From: the human T2T-CHM13v2.0 reference genome, Homo sapiens
Length of the DNA: 64,000 bases
Direction: 5' to 3' (one strand)
Assembly: GCF_009914755.1 (NCBI RefSeq)
Contig: NC_060935.1
Shown here: positions 27,469-41,857 of the stretch, piece by piece
Layout of the letters: each line of letters begins with the position of its first letter
Position numbering within the stretch: position 1 is the first letter of the stretch
The notes under the pieces: model-generated
What the model saw: only the letters and a program-made list of their open reading frames with translations
What the model was told of the DNA's origin: nothing
The model's database searches: none
Translations under genes and position numbers: made by a program

Positions 27469-28249
27469 TAGCGTGTGCCCTAACTCTCATATAGAACTGT
27501 GCACGAGTTCCCAGAGGCCCCACATTCCTTGCTGGTCTGCCTGTGAGCACCCACTCACCCTTCATAGCTGGGAAATGACCCAACTGTCCCCTTCCAAAAA
27601 CTGGAAACTACCTAAACGTTCAACAGTTACGGAATGGTTATGTACGGTGTGTACCTTCAATACAGATTGAGAAGCCACTTAAAGTGATATTTTTATGGCA
27701 TATAGAAATATAACAAGATTATATGACATGAAAAAAGCAGGCTATAGAACCCAGTATGTTTTGAAACTATATATAAAACATAGACACACTTGTGAGAAAA
27801 TATAACATGTAACAGAGTTTAAGCAGTAGGATTATTTTCTCTTTTTAAAAATATTTTCCAAGTTATCTTAAAGAGCATGTTTTTCTTTTATAGTCAGAAA
27901 AAAAATCAACCATTATTTAAAACAAACAAAAACACTGCTCAAATATCACCTCCTTTTTAATCTGTCCTTGCAGGGGCTGAGCCTCCATAGAATGACCAGG
28001 CAACCCCTAGGGCTTAGCTTATGCAAGATTATTCTCCATTAAATTTTCTCCTGGCTTTACGTGGGAATGCAGAAGTGACTGTGTTCCCATGCCTTCACAA
28101 CAAATGTGGTTTGCAAAAATGGTGTGATATGTATTTTCAGGCCTTTTTTAGAGATATGCATTGTGTTTGGGGAGCACTTCCTCTGCCTAACCTAATGGAC
28201 GAAACATTTTCGTATAGAAAGCAAATGTTGCTACATAAAACTGGGACAA

Positions 28250-28500
28250 CATATAGCATAGTGTTAAGGATGTGAGAGCTCTGCAGCCAGCTGGCTCAGG
28301 ATCAAACCTTGGCTCCACTTTCTAGCTGTGTGGCCTTGTTCAGATTATATAACCTCTCTGGGCCTCATTTTCCTCATCTGTAAAATGAGGATAATAATAG
28401 TACCTACTCATTGGATTGTTGCAAAGATTATATGAGTTAATACATGTAAAAAACCAAGTGTTATATCGATGCACCTGATACAAGGGACATACAATGTGTG
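28250..28500 (+). mobile_element. MIR
   Basis: Core ctctctgggcctcattttcctcatctgtaaaatgaggataataatagtacctac. Confidence 0.8.
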
Positions 28501-30192
28501 TGCCCTCACCATCATCATCATCGATGACAGGAGAGAGTTTCCACAAACAGTGCTCTTCAGGGTAAACCACCGACTCTTCAGACAAACCCAGAATTAACTC
28601 ACCAGCAAATCGATCCAACCAGAACACAGCATGTCTGTTTGCTTACTAGCCCCACTGAGAGCTGTTTCCAAGGTTACCTCTTAGGAATTCAGTGGACTAG
28701 TAGTTGATGTGGCACTTTTTAAGCAGCACTGAGCCACTGCAAAAATAAATGACTGGCTGTTCAGGATTCATAAATAAGAAGGATATAGACATGAAGGTCA
28801 AAGAGCCACAGAGAATGAGATGAAGAGAGGAAACTTAACTCAGGTGATGCATGAAGACGAAGGCCAGTGAGATGACAAGGCTTCACCAGGTGCCTTTGCT
28901 TAGGGTTCTGCTGACAGCCTGTGGCTCCAAAACGCTCATCTATTGCTGCCTCAACCCTGGAAGAGTACGCTGCTCTCAGGACTTGGTTCAGGACTGTGTG
29001 AGGGCCCTCATATTGCATTGCAGTTTGCGGGATGCAGTGTCCCCCCCTCTCACATTAAAACATCCTCCAGGTACTTAATAAGTGCTTATCAGGTACCTGG
29101 CACTGTGCTGGGCTCCGAGGGCCAACAAGGTGGCTGCCCTTTAGGAACCAACTAGCTCTGGAAGGCAGGTCCTTGTCTTTGTATTCATAGCTCCTGACCC
29201 ATCTCCTAGCACCAGAGATGCCCATACATGCTTATGAATCTGTGAGATAAGTAATGCCAGCTCCACCCTGGCTGTCCTTGGTTTAGGTGGCTTATTGTAT
29301 CTACATTTCCTATGTAATTAGCCAGCTTACCAGGTCAAGTTCTATGTTCTCCCCAAGGCCGTTACAAATGCTCAGGGCATGTGGACACACACAGATGCAC
29401 ACCCACGCACAAAGGCATGGCACTTCTTCTCTAAGTAGGAGCAGACTTTTAAACCAAGGAAATGGTTCTCATTCTCAATCTAAAAAGATAACAGGGTATG
29501 GCACGGCAAAGGACAAAGAACAGTGATGAATATTGTTCCCTGGGCCCTGTATGCCTGTTTTGTGTTTAAATTTAACTCCCATGGCTTACATGAGACCTCA
29601 AATAATGTTTCAACTCAAATTGTTTCGACTGCCTGAAGCCATCCAATGGTGCTTCCATCTCCTTCCGTGCCTACGAGCAATTGGAGGACAGCCGCATCAC
29701 ATGGTTGGCTAAACAGTGAATAAGTGCCTAGGGGCCATTTGCTTGGCAGACTTCCAACTCTGCAGAGCCTATGAAACAGACCAAAACAAAGATGGGTGGA
29801 AACTGTGGGACTTGGGACTATAGATCCTGCTGTCAGCTCCCATCACAACACCGCCTCTAAGTTCTCTTTTTTGGCTGTGCTCCAAGGGCCATATGTCAAC
29901 CTCGGTGACTAGACTAGCTGTGTCAAGTACAAGAGAGTGTGGTGAGACCCCAACATTCTGCTGAGGCCACCAAGAGCTGGTTCCCATGTTTACCTGAAGC
30001 CACATATTATAACCACTGAAACAAGTATCCTTTTAGTTAAATGTAGTAAAACTTCTCTTGTTTAAGGGACTGGGTTGGGGGGTGCAGATTTTGCATTTTC
30101 TTCTGGCAATCTCACATGGGAAAAAAGTGAACCCATATGTTGTAGAGAAGGGTATTAAGAACAGAACTTGTTCCCTTAACAGAAAAAGCTAT

Positions 30193-30672
30193 TGTAGGCA
30201 GAATAATCACTCTCCCAAAGCCATCCATGCCCTAATCCCTAGGATCTGTAAATATGTTACTTTATGTGGCAAAGGGGAATTTCAGTTGCTAATCAGCTGA
30301 TCCTAAAATAGGGAGATTGGCCTGGATTATTCAGGTGGGCTTAATAAAATCACAGGAAACTTAAAAGTAGAAGAGGAGATTTAGAGTATGCAGTGAGAGG
30401 GATTTGAGCCTTGCCCCCACTGCTGGCTTTGAGATGGAGGAAAGGGACCACAGACCAAGGAATGAGGGCAGCCTCCAGATGCTAGAAAAGGAAAGAAAAT
30501 GGATTACCCGCTAAGCCAGTAGAAAGGAACACAGCCCTGCTGACACTTTGACTTTAGCCCAGTGAGACCCATGTTGGTCTTCTAACTTACAGGTCTGCAA
30601 GGATAATACATTTGTATTGTGTTATGCCGCAAAGTTTGTGATTTGCTACTACAGCAATAGAGAACTAATACA
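30193..30672 (+). mobile_element. MaLR LTR (MLT1D-like)
   Basis: Begins tgtaggcagaataat and ends cagcaatagagaactaataca. Confidence 0.8.
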
Positions 30673-32726
30673 AAAGCCCATGGTATAAAGACCTCCGTAG
30701 GTGACCATGGATAGATGCAATTCCAGAGAAAAGTCATTGAAAAGACCACCGAACTTTCAGTGACACTTGTACTAGTGAGACAGACCCCTTTTTAATAAAG
30801 TAGAAATGACCCTGCCAGGCATCCCTAAGTTAGGAGGAAGCTCTGTCTTCTCCTAAATTTTCTCATCTCAGCCCTGGAAACAACCAACAACTTTGAGTTC
30901 TCAGGTGCTGTAGTCATCTTTGGGCTTTGCCTCCTGTCCAAATGCTTCTACAGAGCTTAGTCAGATAAGTTACTACTATCTTCTTGGTGATGGGAGGAAA
31001 CATTCGTGTCTCATAAAATCTTGGATTTCCACCCCCAACCCTTCATGAACACTATATATTTTTAGGATAGTTTTAGATCTACCAAAAAAAAAAATTGCAA
31101 AGGGAGTACAGAGTTTTCGTATATCCCATGCCCACTTTTTTTTCTTATTAACATCTTAAATTAGTATGGTACAATTCTTAAAATTAATGGACAGTAGTGA
31201 TATATTATTACTAACTTACAGTTAGTGATATATTACTTTTGTTATATTATTGATATTACTATATTTTGTCTAAAGCCATAGTTTATTCAGATTTCTTTAG
31301 CTTGTACTTAACATACTCTATCTGTTCCACATTACGTTTTGTCTTCATGTCTCCTTAGGCTTCTCTTGGCTGTGACAGTTTCTCAGACTTGGTTTTTTTA
31401 TGACTTTGACAGTTTTGAGGAGTACTGGTCAAGTATTTTTTAGGATGCCCTCCTGTTAGAATTGACATTTTTTCATTCTTAGGCTATAGTTATGGGTTTC
31501 TGGAAGGAAGGTCACAGAGGTAAAGTGCCATTTTCATCACATCATATCAAGGGTACATAACATCAACATGGTTTATGACTGTGGATATTGGTCTTGTTTT
31601 CCTGGCTGAGGTGGTGTTTGTCACATTTCTCCACTGTAAAGCCTAACTTTTTTCCTCCTTCCTATACAGTACTCTTTCAAAGGAAGTCACTAGACGCAGC
31701 CCACACATAAAGAGTGGGGAGTTATGCTCCATTCTTTCAGAACAGAGGATCTATGAAAATTTGAAATTCTGCACAGATTAGTTTCTTCTCTTCCATGTGT
31801 TAATTTATTCAATTATTTATATCACTATGGATTCACAGACATTTATTTTATCTGTGGGCTTCAGATTGTTATAATACAATTTATATGATAATCCACTTTA
31901 TTATAATCCAATACTACTTTATTTTGTTATTCAAATGGTTGCAACTTTGGCCAGCTCTTTCAATCAGCTCCTGTGAGCCTCTGACATCCCTCCTTTTTTT
32001 TTTTTTTTTTCCTGAGTACTTCCTTCCTTTCTGGCTCCAAGCTTATCTCATATATTTTCTCTGCAGTCCTAGAATCAGCCATTTTTCCAAGGAGCCCTGG
32101 TTACTTTTATTGGAGAACAGGACTAGAAACGAACATCTGGGCTCTATGTACATTCATTGCTACTGGAGTACTGATGCATCTAGGCCCTCTCAGTTAACAC
32201 AGTAAGGAAATATATGTGTGTGCACTAATTTATAGAAATACTTAGAGAGATATACACATATCTTGTAACCATCTGTATCTATATTAAGTTAAACATAAGT
32301 TTTTACTGATGTCTCTAACTCCAATGCATTACCACATGGACCATTCTAGCTTTCTCCCCTTGTTTATCTATAACCTCCCACTCCAGTGAGAAAACTGGCT
32401 CCTACCATCCACCATGCATTTACTTAATTGTTCAATTCCAGCATACACATATAGCAGTATCAGCACTGTTAACCCATACCCTATGGGAAACAACTTTATC
32501 AACTAGAGTGCCGTGCCTAAATGCAGTTCCTTTTGCCTTTGGTCTTATAGAGTCATCTCATTTCCAGAGATACTTAAGTTCGTACCATTCCCATCACCCC
32601 TTTCATTGAGGTCATCTCATACATTTGTAATACAGTTAGATTCTATTGTCACAATCTGCATTCCATCCTTGGGTCCTCTAACCTTCTAAATGATTTTTTA
32701 ATTTGCTTACATTAAGGTTTACTCCT

Positions 32727-33469
32727 TGTTAGGGTTTGAATATTTGTCGCCTCTGAAACTCATGTTCAAACTTAATCCCCAATGTGGCAGTATTGAAAGG
32801 TGGGGCCTTTAAGAGGTGATTGACTCATGAGCACTCTACCTGGATTAATCCAGTAGTCCCCAACCTTTTTGGCATCACGGACCAATTTCATGGAAGACAG
32901 TTTTTTCCATGGACATGGGGTTGGGTCGGGGTTAGTTTCGGGATGAAACTGTTCCACCTCAGATCATTAGGCATTAAATTCTCATAAGGAGCACACAACC
33001 TAGATCACTTGCATGCACAATTCACAATAGGGTTTGCGCTCCTATGAGAATCTAAGCCACTGATCTGACAGGAGGCAGAGCTCAGGTAGTAATACTCACC
33101 TACTGCTCAGCTCCTGCTGTACAGCCTAGTTCCTAACAGGCCATGGACCAGTACTGGTCCACGTTCTAGTTCATATCCTGGGGGTTGGGGATGCCTGGAT
33201 TAATCCATTAATGGATTAATGAGTTATGGAATAGGACTGGTGGCTTTATAAGAAGAGGAAGAGAGATGTGAGCTGGCACACTCAGCCCCTTTGCCATGTG
33301 CTGCCTCAGGACCCTGCAGAGAGTCCCCACCAGCACAAAGGCCCTCACTAGATGTGGCCCTGCAACCTGGGACATCTTAGCCTCCATAACTGTAAGAAAT
33401 ATTTTTTTTCTTTATAAGTTACCCAGTTTCAGACATTCTGTTATAAGCAACAGAAAATGGACTAAGACA
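32727..33469 (+). mobile_element. MaLR LTR (MST/MLT1A-like) interrupted by MER1B
   Basis: Begins tgttagggtttgaat and ends aaatggactaagaca. Confidence 0.8.
32851..33197 (+). mobile_element. MER1B (hAT-Charlie)
   Basis: Terminal inverted repeats cagtagtccccaacc...ggttggggatgcctg and perfect 8-bp TSD gattaatc (32843-32850, 33198-33205). Confidence 0.88.
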
Positions 33470-34235
33470 TTTCTTATACTATAAATATCATGTGTCTGCC
33501 ATTACAGTATCATACAGAACACTTTCACTGCCTTAAAAATCTTCTGTACTTTGCCTATTCAGCATTTTCCCCCATTTATCTTTTTACTCTCTCTAGTTTC
33601 GCCTTTTCCAGAATGTCGTATAATTAGAATTGTATAGCATGTAGCCTTTTTAGACCAACTTGTCTAGGAATATGCATTTAAGGTTCTTTCATGTCTCTTC
33701 ATGGCTTTATAGCTCATTTCCTTTTATCACTAAATAATAATTTTCATATAGATGTACTACAGTTTATCTACTCACCTATTAGAGGATATCTTGGTTGCTT
33801 GCAGTTTTGGGTGATTATGAATAAAGCTGCTATAAATATTCACATTCAGGGTTTTGTGTGAACATGTTTTCAAATCAGTTGGGTAAATACCTAGGAGCTT
33901 GACTGCTGGATTATATGGTAAAATTATAGTTTTGTAAGAAAACACCAAAGTGGCTCTTACTATTTTGCATTCCTACCAGCAATAAATGAAAGTTCCTGTT
34001 GCTCCACACCCCTTGCCAGTGTTTAGTGTTGTCAGTTTTTTTTGGATTATAGCCATTCTAGTTGATGTCTAGTGATATCTCATTGGTATTTTGTCATTCC
34101 CTAATCACAAAGGATAATGAACACCCTCTCATATGCCTCTTTGCTATATGTACATCTTCTCTGGTGATATGCTTATTCAGATCTTTTGCCCATTTTGTAG
34201 TTGAGTCAGACTTGCATACAAGTCTTATCAGATAG

Positions 34236-34622
<387 letters not shown>

Positions 34623-37600
34623 TGTAGAGTAGAAGTATTAATAAAGCCCAACTCACCAAGTTTTCTTTCATTGATTATCCTTTTGGTGTTGTATCTAAAA
34701 ACTCATTATCCAACCGTAGGTCACACAGATTTTCTGTTTTTTTTTTCTAGAAGTTTTATAGTATTGTGTTTTAACTTAGGTCTGTGATCATTTTAACAAT
34801 TGATGATTGTATGTTTTTAGTAGTCTTGAAGTATGGTAGTGTTCGTCCTCCAACTTCGTTATTCTTCCATATTTTGTTGGCTACTCTAGGTCTCTCGCCT
34901 TTTTGTGTAAACTTTAGAATCAGTTTGTCAATATCCACAAAATAGCTTTCTGTGATTTTGACTGAGATTAACATTGAATCTATAGATGAAGTTGGAAAGA
35001 ATTGAAATCTTAAGTTTTCCAGTCCATGAACACTGAATATCTCTTCCTTTATTTAGATCATCTGGGTTTTATAATCTTCTGCATATCAGAAGATATAGTG
35101 TGCCCATTATTTTAGATTTATACCCAAGTATTGCATTTTTTGTGCTACTATAAATGATACTGTGTTTTTAATTTTAAATTTCAACCATTCAGTGCTAGTA
35201 TATAGGAAGCAATTGATTTTTGTAAATTAGCCTTGTATCCTGCAACCTTGCCAGAATTGCTTATTCTAGGAATTTTAGGGGTGAGGAGCATTGGTGTTTT
35301 GTTTGTTTGTTTTATGGTTGATTCTTTAGAAATATCACCGGCAAACAAAGACAATTTCTTCCTTCCCAATCTGTATACCTTTTATTTTCTTCTCTTGTGT
35401 TATTGTACTAAGATTTCTAGTATAATTTTGAATAGGCATGGTGAGAGGAGACATCCTTGACTTGTTCCCATTTTTAGGGGCAAAGCATCCAATTTCTCAC
35501 CATAATGTATGATGTTAGGCTGTAGGGTTTAATTTTTTTGTTGTTGTTGTTGTAGATGTTCTTTCAGATTGATTTTTCACATAGAGAAACATTGCTGGGA
35601 CTTGCTGACCAGACAATATAGTTGTCTTTATCTGCCAAGAGCTTCTGTATAGGCCCTGGAACTATTTAGAAATTAAGGGAGCTTTAATAACTTTCAAGAG
35701 GACTAGAAATTAATAATCAGAGTTCTGATAAGGATCTAGAGCAGCCTAAACATCTCACTGGGGCCCACTGGCCCTGAAGGAGAAAGAACATCCTGGTTCT
35801 TTTCTTGCCCTCTCTCAGAATGGTTTTTTGCAAGTACAGATACAGTGGGCGTGGTTCAGGGAATGTGGAGAATAGATGAATTCAAGACCCTAACACTCTG
35901 GAACCCCGCCCTACTTATCTGCTATTCCATTCCTCACCCCCTTCCCCTGTGCACATTTATATTCCCTGTGCTCAGACATAATCACTACTCCCTCAACACC
36001 TGCCCTGTTTTTCCACATCTTGCTATTTTTACACAAGATGTGCCTTTTGTAGTGCACCTGTGTTGGTTGAAAATTTACATTTTCAAGGTCCAGTTCAAAT
36101 GTTCCCTTTTTAGGACTCCTTCCCAGTCTTCTCCATCCAAAGTTAGCCTTGTTCTACATGAGCCCTGTGGCTCTCTCCTTACATCTCTGTCACCTCTGAG
36201 TGTAGCACCGTGTGCATTGCATCTGCGGGCCTACCTTTCCCACCACCTTGAGCAGACTGAGGCAGGCCTATGTCAAATCCCCAAACCTGTATCACCAGTG
36301 CTGGCATGGGGACTGCTTCAGGGGAGGCACCCAGTAATGCTTATTGGTTGAATGAATGAAATTACTGGCCTTGCATATTTAGAGACCTCTGTCTATTCTC
36401 TCCATGTTTGCTTTTCCCCTGGTATTCTTTGAGTCCCTAGATGTATTCCGGAGTAAAAGAGATGCCATAGCATTTCTTTTCTTCATGAACAAAAATCAGG
36501 GGGAAATTACCATTCATTGCAGACCTACTCTATTCACCCATTGACTTTAGAATCCTGGTATCCCCATGTTATCAGTTAGGGAGTTTGGGCTCTGAGGCCT
36601 AGAAAAATACCTCTTCTAATTGGCTCAAACAGTAAGGGAATTTATTGTATCTCCTATAACAAGACATATGAGCTTGAGTGGTTCCAGGGGTTGTGGCTTA
36701 ATAGTATCAACAAGAACCCCATCTTTCTATATTTTTTCTCTGCCAACCTCAACACACTAGCTTCTTCCTTGAGCTTACTCACTGCATGGCTACAAAATGG
36801 CTGCAACAAATCCAGGTATAATATCCTGACACAATAATGATTAGAAGGAGAAGGTTGCCTTTTCTTCCTTGGGCCTTTCTTTAGAATGAAGGAAAGTGAT
36901 TCCAGAAGCTTCTAGAAATTTTCTGTCACAGTTCATTGACCAGAATTGACATGATGATGCTTGAGCCAACCACTGCTACAGGGATCAAGATCATCATGAT
37001 TCGTTTAAACCAATAGTGGCTTTACCTGGAGGCATAGGAGGGAGGGGTGTATACTGGAACAAAATGAGGGTTCTTTCAGCAGGGAAAACGGATAAATGTT
37101 GGGGAGCAAACCACCAATGTCAGCTATACCCTTGTTATGTACAGAATTGTTTTATACCGAAGTTCAAGGAGGTTAACCTACTTACATAAGGTTCCACAGC
37201 TGATAAAAATAGAAGTAGGGTTCAAATCCACACGCCAAAGCCCATCCAGGTACTTTCTTCTGCTCATGTGGCCTCAGAGTCAGACCACATATCCCTGGAA
37301 ACAAAAGCCCCTTTTCTCACGGTGAGCACTTCAGGGGTTCAGGCAATCTCCCTGCTTTCCCTACCCCGACCTTCAGCTGGGCATTTGATCTGTTTATTAA
37401 GTTATGACTTAATGGCGCTGCGAGACATTCGGACCCAGTTTTAGATTGTTAGAGGAGGTTCAGTGGATAAACATCAGATTCCCATTCTGTGCCGAGAAAA
37501 TTCAGTTGTAGCTCTTTCTCTTTCAGTGCGTGAGGATTGGCAAGGGGCTTCTGCTGGGTCCTGCTTTGGTTTAATAGAAATGAAACCTCCAAAGCAGGAG

Positions 37601-38269
37601 GGCTGTTTTGGGAAAGTGGCCACTAATGGGGCCCCATGGGGCAAGGGCCAGGCCTGCACTGGGCAGTTTGCATATTCACTTTTACAAACAGTTGGCTCAG
37701 AGTCAGCAGTTAATGGAATGGGAATGATGTTCCTGTACCAAATCGTTTCCTGAAAAAAACATTTCCAATTGCAAACATATCTTGGCCTTTCTTCTTGGAT
37801 TTGTTATGTCTCTGTGAGTGAATTAAAGAGGCAGGGCAGAGGGGAATGTTTCTGACTGGGGATTCTTCATCTGAAAACATTTTTAACAATGATCTACACA
37901 GAAAAAGAGATCCTGTTCAGACCCACCTTTAGGAGTCCTGGCTTCAAATATTGCGTTTCTAGTCACACTTTAGAGATGTTTCAATACCTCTCCATTTACA
38001 AATTGGCTCACTTTGGCTATACAACAAGTCTTGGGACAGGTGTGACTTTACTTACCTTATAAAATGTAAGCTGGAAATGCTGCCCCAGAAATGTGCGTGC
38101 ATGCGTACGCACATGTGCGCACACACAGTCAGGCTAAAATGGAAATGTATTTTGTTTTTCTGGGAAAAAGGTAAAATCCTTTGCATCCCATTCTCTGCTT
38201 TGGCAAATTCTGCCTCAACTCATAACCTGTGCAGTTGAAGGGTGGTCTTGACAGTTTGGATTATGTATT

Positions 38270-39372
38270 CAGCAAATATTTCTTGAGTGCTTACAATGCT
38301 TGAGGTGTTGTTTTAAGTAATAATAATAGTTGCATGTATTTACCTAGCTCTTACCAGCTGCCAGGCATGCTTCTGGGTACTTTGCATATATTAACTCATT
38401 TAGTCTTCTCAGCAACCCTTGGAGGTCGGCAATATTGCTGTCACTCCCATTTTGCAGGTGAGGAATCTAAGGCATGAGAGGTTGATGAACTTGCCCAAGG
38501 CCACAGAGCTGGTGAGTGGTAGAGTCTGGATATGAACGTAGGCAGCTTGGCTTCTAACCACTGTGCCCTCTGGCCTCATGGGGGATCTAATAGGGAACAA
38601 AAGAGAAATAGTGCCAGTCCTTACAAAACTTACATTCTGGTGAGGGAGAGAGTTAACAGACATATAAGTTTTTATTTCAGATCATGATGAGAAAATAGAT
38701 CATGATGAGAAAATAAAACATGAGAGGGAGGTGGGAGGGCGCTAATCAGAGTCTCATAGAATAAAACCTCAGCTCCTACCTATGACCTGAGTATGATGGG
38801 AAGTCACAAGAAAGCTTGAAGTGGGAGAATGTATGATCCTATTTACATTTTTGTAGAACATTCTCGCTGCACTGTGGGAAGTAGGTGAGAGTGGGGGAAA
38901 TGCAAGCAAAGCAGTAGACCAGTTAGAAGGTGGTTCTGATAGGCCAGGCAAAAGATAACGGTGGCTCAAGTCAGGATGATAGAGCAGGGAGATGGTGAGA
39001 AGTGTTTGGAATTGGGTCCTGGTTTGGAGGCGGAGCCCACAATACTTGCCAGTGTTTTGGACAGATGCAAAAGGTGAGGAAAATGAGAACTTAAGAGTGA
39101 TTCCTCGGAGCTTGGCGTGAACCATGGTGTAAACAGTGGTGCCATCTACTGAAGAGGATAAGAATAAAGAACAGGTTCATTTTAGTGCTGGTATGGTGGG
39201 TATGAGGGTGTTGAGAATCACAAGTTCTGTTTGGATGTGTACATTTGAGATCTCTATTAGTAGACCTAAGAGGAGACATTGAATAAGTGATTAGATTCAT
39301 AAGCTTGGAGCTCCAGGCTGGAGATTTAAATGTGGACATGGACATTAGTTGAATGGGATGACCTAGGACATT
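38270..39372. mobile_element. L2 remnant with an embedded MIR (about 38320-38570)
   Basis: L2-type motifs (attcagcaaatatttcttgagtgc; ggtggtgccatctactga) and MIR core cccattttgcaggtgaggaa. Confidence 0.6.
38679..38714. repeat. Perfect 18-bp tandem duplication
   Basis: agatcatgatgagaaaat occurs twice in tandem. Confidence 0.95.
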
Positions 39373-39386
39373 ATCCACTTAATCTC

Positions 39387-39678
39387 TTTTAAAAATTTTA
39401 TTTTTTAACTTTAAGTTCAGGGGTACATGTTTGTTACATAGGCAAACTTGTGTCCTGGGGGCTTGTTGTATGGATTATTTTCCCATCAACTATAGACTGG
39501 ATAAAGAAAATGTGGTACATATACACCATGGAACACTATGCAGCCATGAATAAAGAAAGGATCATGTAATTTGCAGCGACGTCGATGGAGCTGGAGGCCA
39601 TTATCCTTAGCAAACTAACACAGGAGCAGAAAACCAAATATGGCATGTCCTCACTTAAATCATGAGAACATACTTGAT
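39387..39678 (-). mobile_element. Short L1PA/L1PB 3' fragment with an internal inversion
   Basis: Antisense 3' terminus (ttttaactttaagttcaggggtacatg) is joined to a sense segment (gactggataaagaaaatgtggtacatatacaccatggaa). Confidence 0.8.
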
Positions 39679-39702
39679 GATCTTGTGATGGAACCTTTCT
39701 AC

Positions 39703-39847
39703 ATCCATGCTGTCTGGTGTTGTAGGTACCAGCCACCTGTGGCCATTGAGTACTTGAAATGTGGTTGGTGCAGCTACGGAGCGGAATTTTTAATTCACTG
39801 AAATTTAAATAGCTCAAGTGGCTAGTAGCTACTGTATTGGACAGTGC
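39703..39847. mobile_element. MER3/MER33-like hAT element
   Basis: Contains agccacctgtggccattgagtacttgaaatgtgg...gtggctagtagctactgtattggacag. Confidence 0.65.
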
Positions 39848-40143
39848 CGATCAGTGTAGCTACAGGAGAGAAAGTCCCAGGCAGGAGCAAGTTCCTTCAT
39901 TGGCCAGTAAGCCTAGCCTTGCAGCCACATTTAAACATGACTTTATTTCCACTGCTCACTCCTTGCGTAGCAATGCTTGTTAACAAAGTAATGAAAATTG
40001 TGCTTCTTTGTGAGAAATAGCCTGAGAAAGAAAGAAAACTGGTAGTTCTAGGGGAGATATTAGAAGAAACTATAGAATTTTAAGGAAACAGTTGTGCTTA
40101 GCTGGAAAACAAACACAATCTGTACCTACAGAATCATTTAAGC

Positions 40144-40367
40144 CAGGGATGTCCAATCTTTTGGCTTCCCTGGGCCACATTGGAAGGAGGAGGATTGTCT
40201 TAGGCCACACATAAAATACACTAAACACTAATGATAGCTGATGAGCTATTAAAAATCTCCAGATAATGTCATAATGTTTTAAGAAAGTTTATGAATTTGT
40301 GTTGGGCTGCATTCAAAGCCATCCTGGACCACATTGCAGCCCGTGAGCTGTGGGTTGGACAAGCTTG
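40144..40367 (+). mobile_element. MER30 (hAT-Charlie), full length
   Basis: Runs cagggatgtccaatcttttggcttccctgggccaca...gggttggacaagcttg with perfect 8-bp TSD atttaagc. Confidence 0.9.
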
Positions 40368-41767
40368 ATTTAAGCTTTGAAGGTACCCCTTCTGTGTTTC
40401 TGTCATGTTTTATGGAGAATTCTATGAAATAGTCGGTGTCTGTGAATGTGGAGATCAAGGTGGTGACTGGCTGGTACCCTATGTGAATGTCAAAGACCTG
40501 CTGCAAAGGTACTAAATACCAGCCTCGCCATGCAAGTTGTGTCTCTTAGGGCGTAGAGAGTGTTTCACTCCCTTTGTTTCTCAGTCTCCTTCCAGTCCAA
40601 CTGCAGCTATCAGTGAGTGTATTGAGGTGAAAGAACTCTTTGTAAGTGGCTGCCTTGTGCTTAGGATTTCTTGCAAGTCTATGCTGGCAATTGGTGAGGC
40701 CAGAGTCAATAAAAAAAATAAAATGGAAAGATGGGACGCTGCTTTTATTAAGGTTGATTGCAGCTGCTGTATTAGCTCTTTAAGAACCTCTTGGTGACCA
40801 ACGCCTTCTGAGAAAATGGCCTTTCTGTGCTTAATTGGCAAAAAGCAAGGGGATTTAAGTCACTGCTTTTAGGAGGGGTAATCCAAGGTCAGCACTCACC
40901 AAACGTCTGTCACACAACTGGTTTTGTGGGAGGAATTCTTTTGTACTAAGGCTCCATGTGGGGGCTGGTCACTTGGAGGAGCGTGGGCTGGTAATCTTTG
41001 GTAGTTTTTACCTGTTTTTGTTTTTCTTTCTGAGGAAGGTGGAATTACAGATTTCTAGGATTTGAAGACTGTAAAAGAGCTTACTGTTCATCCAGTCAAA
41101 CTCTATTTTCAGCTGAGGAAATGGGCCAAGAGAGATGAAGTGCCTGGCCCCAGGTCCCACAGCTGGTTCCATCTCAAGGGATAGGACCAGAGCTCAGGGA
41201 AGGGCCAGAACTGAGGTATTTTTGAGCAGTGGCTGGGGTTGGGTGGAGGTGGGAAGGCAGATAATCAGGAGAGTACCTCAGGGAAGCCAGGAGAGGTGAG
41301 AAGTCAGAGGACGGTTGAACGGAGGATGGAAATGCCTTACAGCGTACATATAGCCTCAAACCCATGACCCCATTCATCCTGTCAGCACACAGTCGCCGGG
41401 CACCAGACAGGAAGTCCTGGAAGATGGGACAGGCAGGAGGTAGAGACTCAGAAAGAAGTCAGTGCCCACCTCGCTTCCATTCATTCCGAAATCTTTTCTG
41501 AGAGGAGGGAGATTTCTGTGCTTTTGAGACCTCCCTGCTTCCCTGAGGAAAGCAAGTGAAGTGACAGCTGGCAGAGGTGAGATTAAGGGGACAATTAGGT
41601 CCTTTCAGCCAGGCGAGGCCATGAATTGATCGTAGGCTGAGTAACAGCTGTAATCTACCCTTAGTGGGTTTTTTTCTCAATGTCAATATCGAACACCCTT
41701 GTTACAGAGCTCCAACCCCCTGCCGTCCGTCAGCTGAAATGTGACCCTGCTCTTCCTTTTCTTCCAG

Positions 41768-41857
41768 TGTCCGAGCTGCAGGAGGAGGGAATGAACGCCA
41801 TCAACCTGCCCCTCAGCCCAATTCCCTTTGAGCTGGACCCCGAGGACACGATGCTGG
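41768..41857 (+). CDS. PARVA: PARVA coding exon 2 (90 nt, phase 1-1): (V)SELQEEGMNAINLPLSPIPFELDPEDTML(E)
   Basis: Translation matches alpha-parvin residues 46-75 as recalled. Acceptor is ...cttccttttcttccag|TG and donor is CTGG|gtaact. Confidence 0.97.

Noticed and set aside
35845-36351. 168-aa ORF, the longest in the track
   Set aside because: GTG start, lies over an L2-like 3' end (ttgaatgaatgaa), and the length is plausible by chance in 64 kb.
41680-41767. Intronic ATG in frame with exon 2 (MSISNTLVTELQPPAVRQLKCDPALPFLP-VSELQ...)
   Set aside because: Weak Kozak context (ctcaATGt), the frame crosses the branch point and polypyrimidine tract, and there is no promoter evidence. It is likely a chance open frame.
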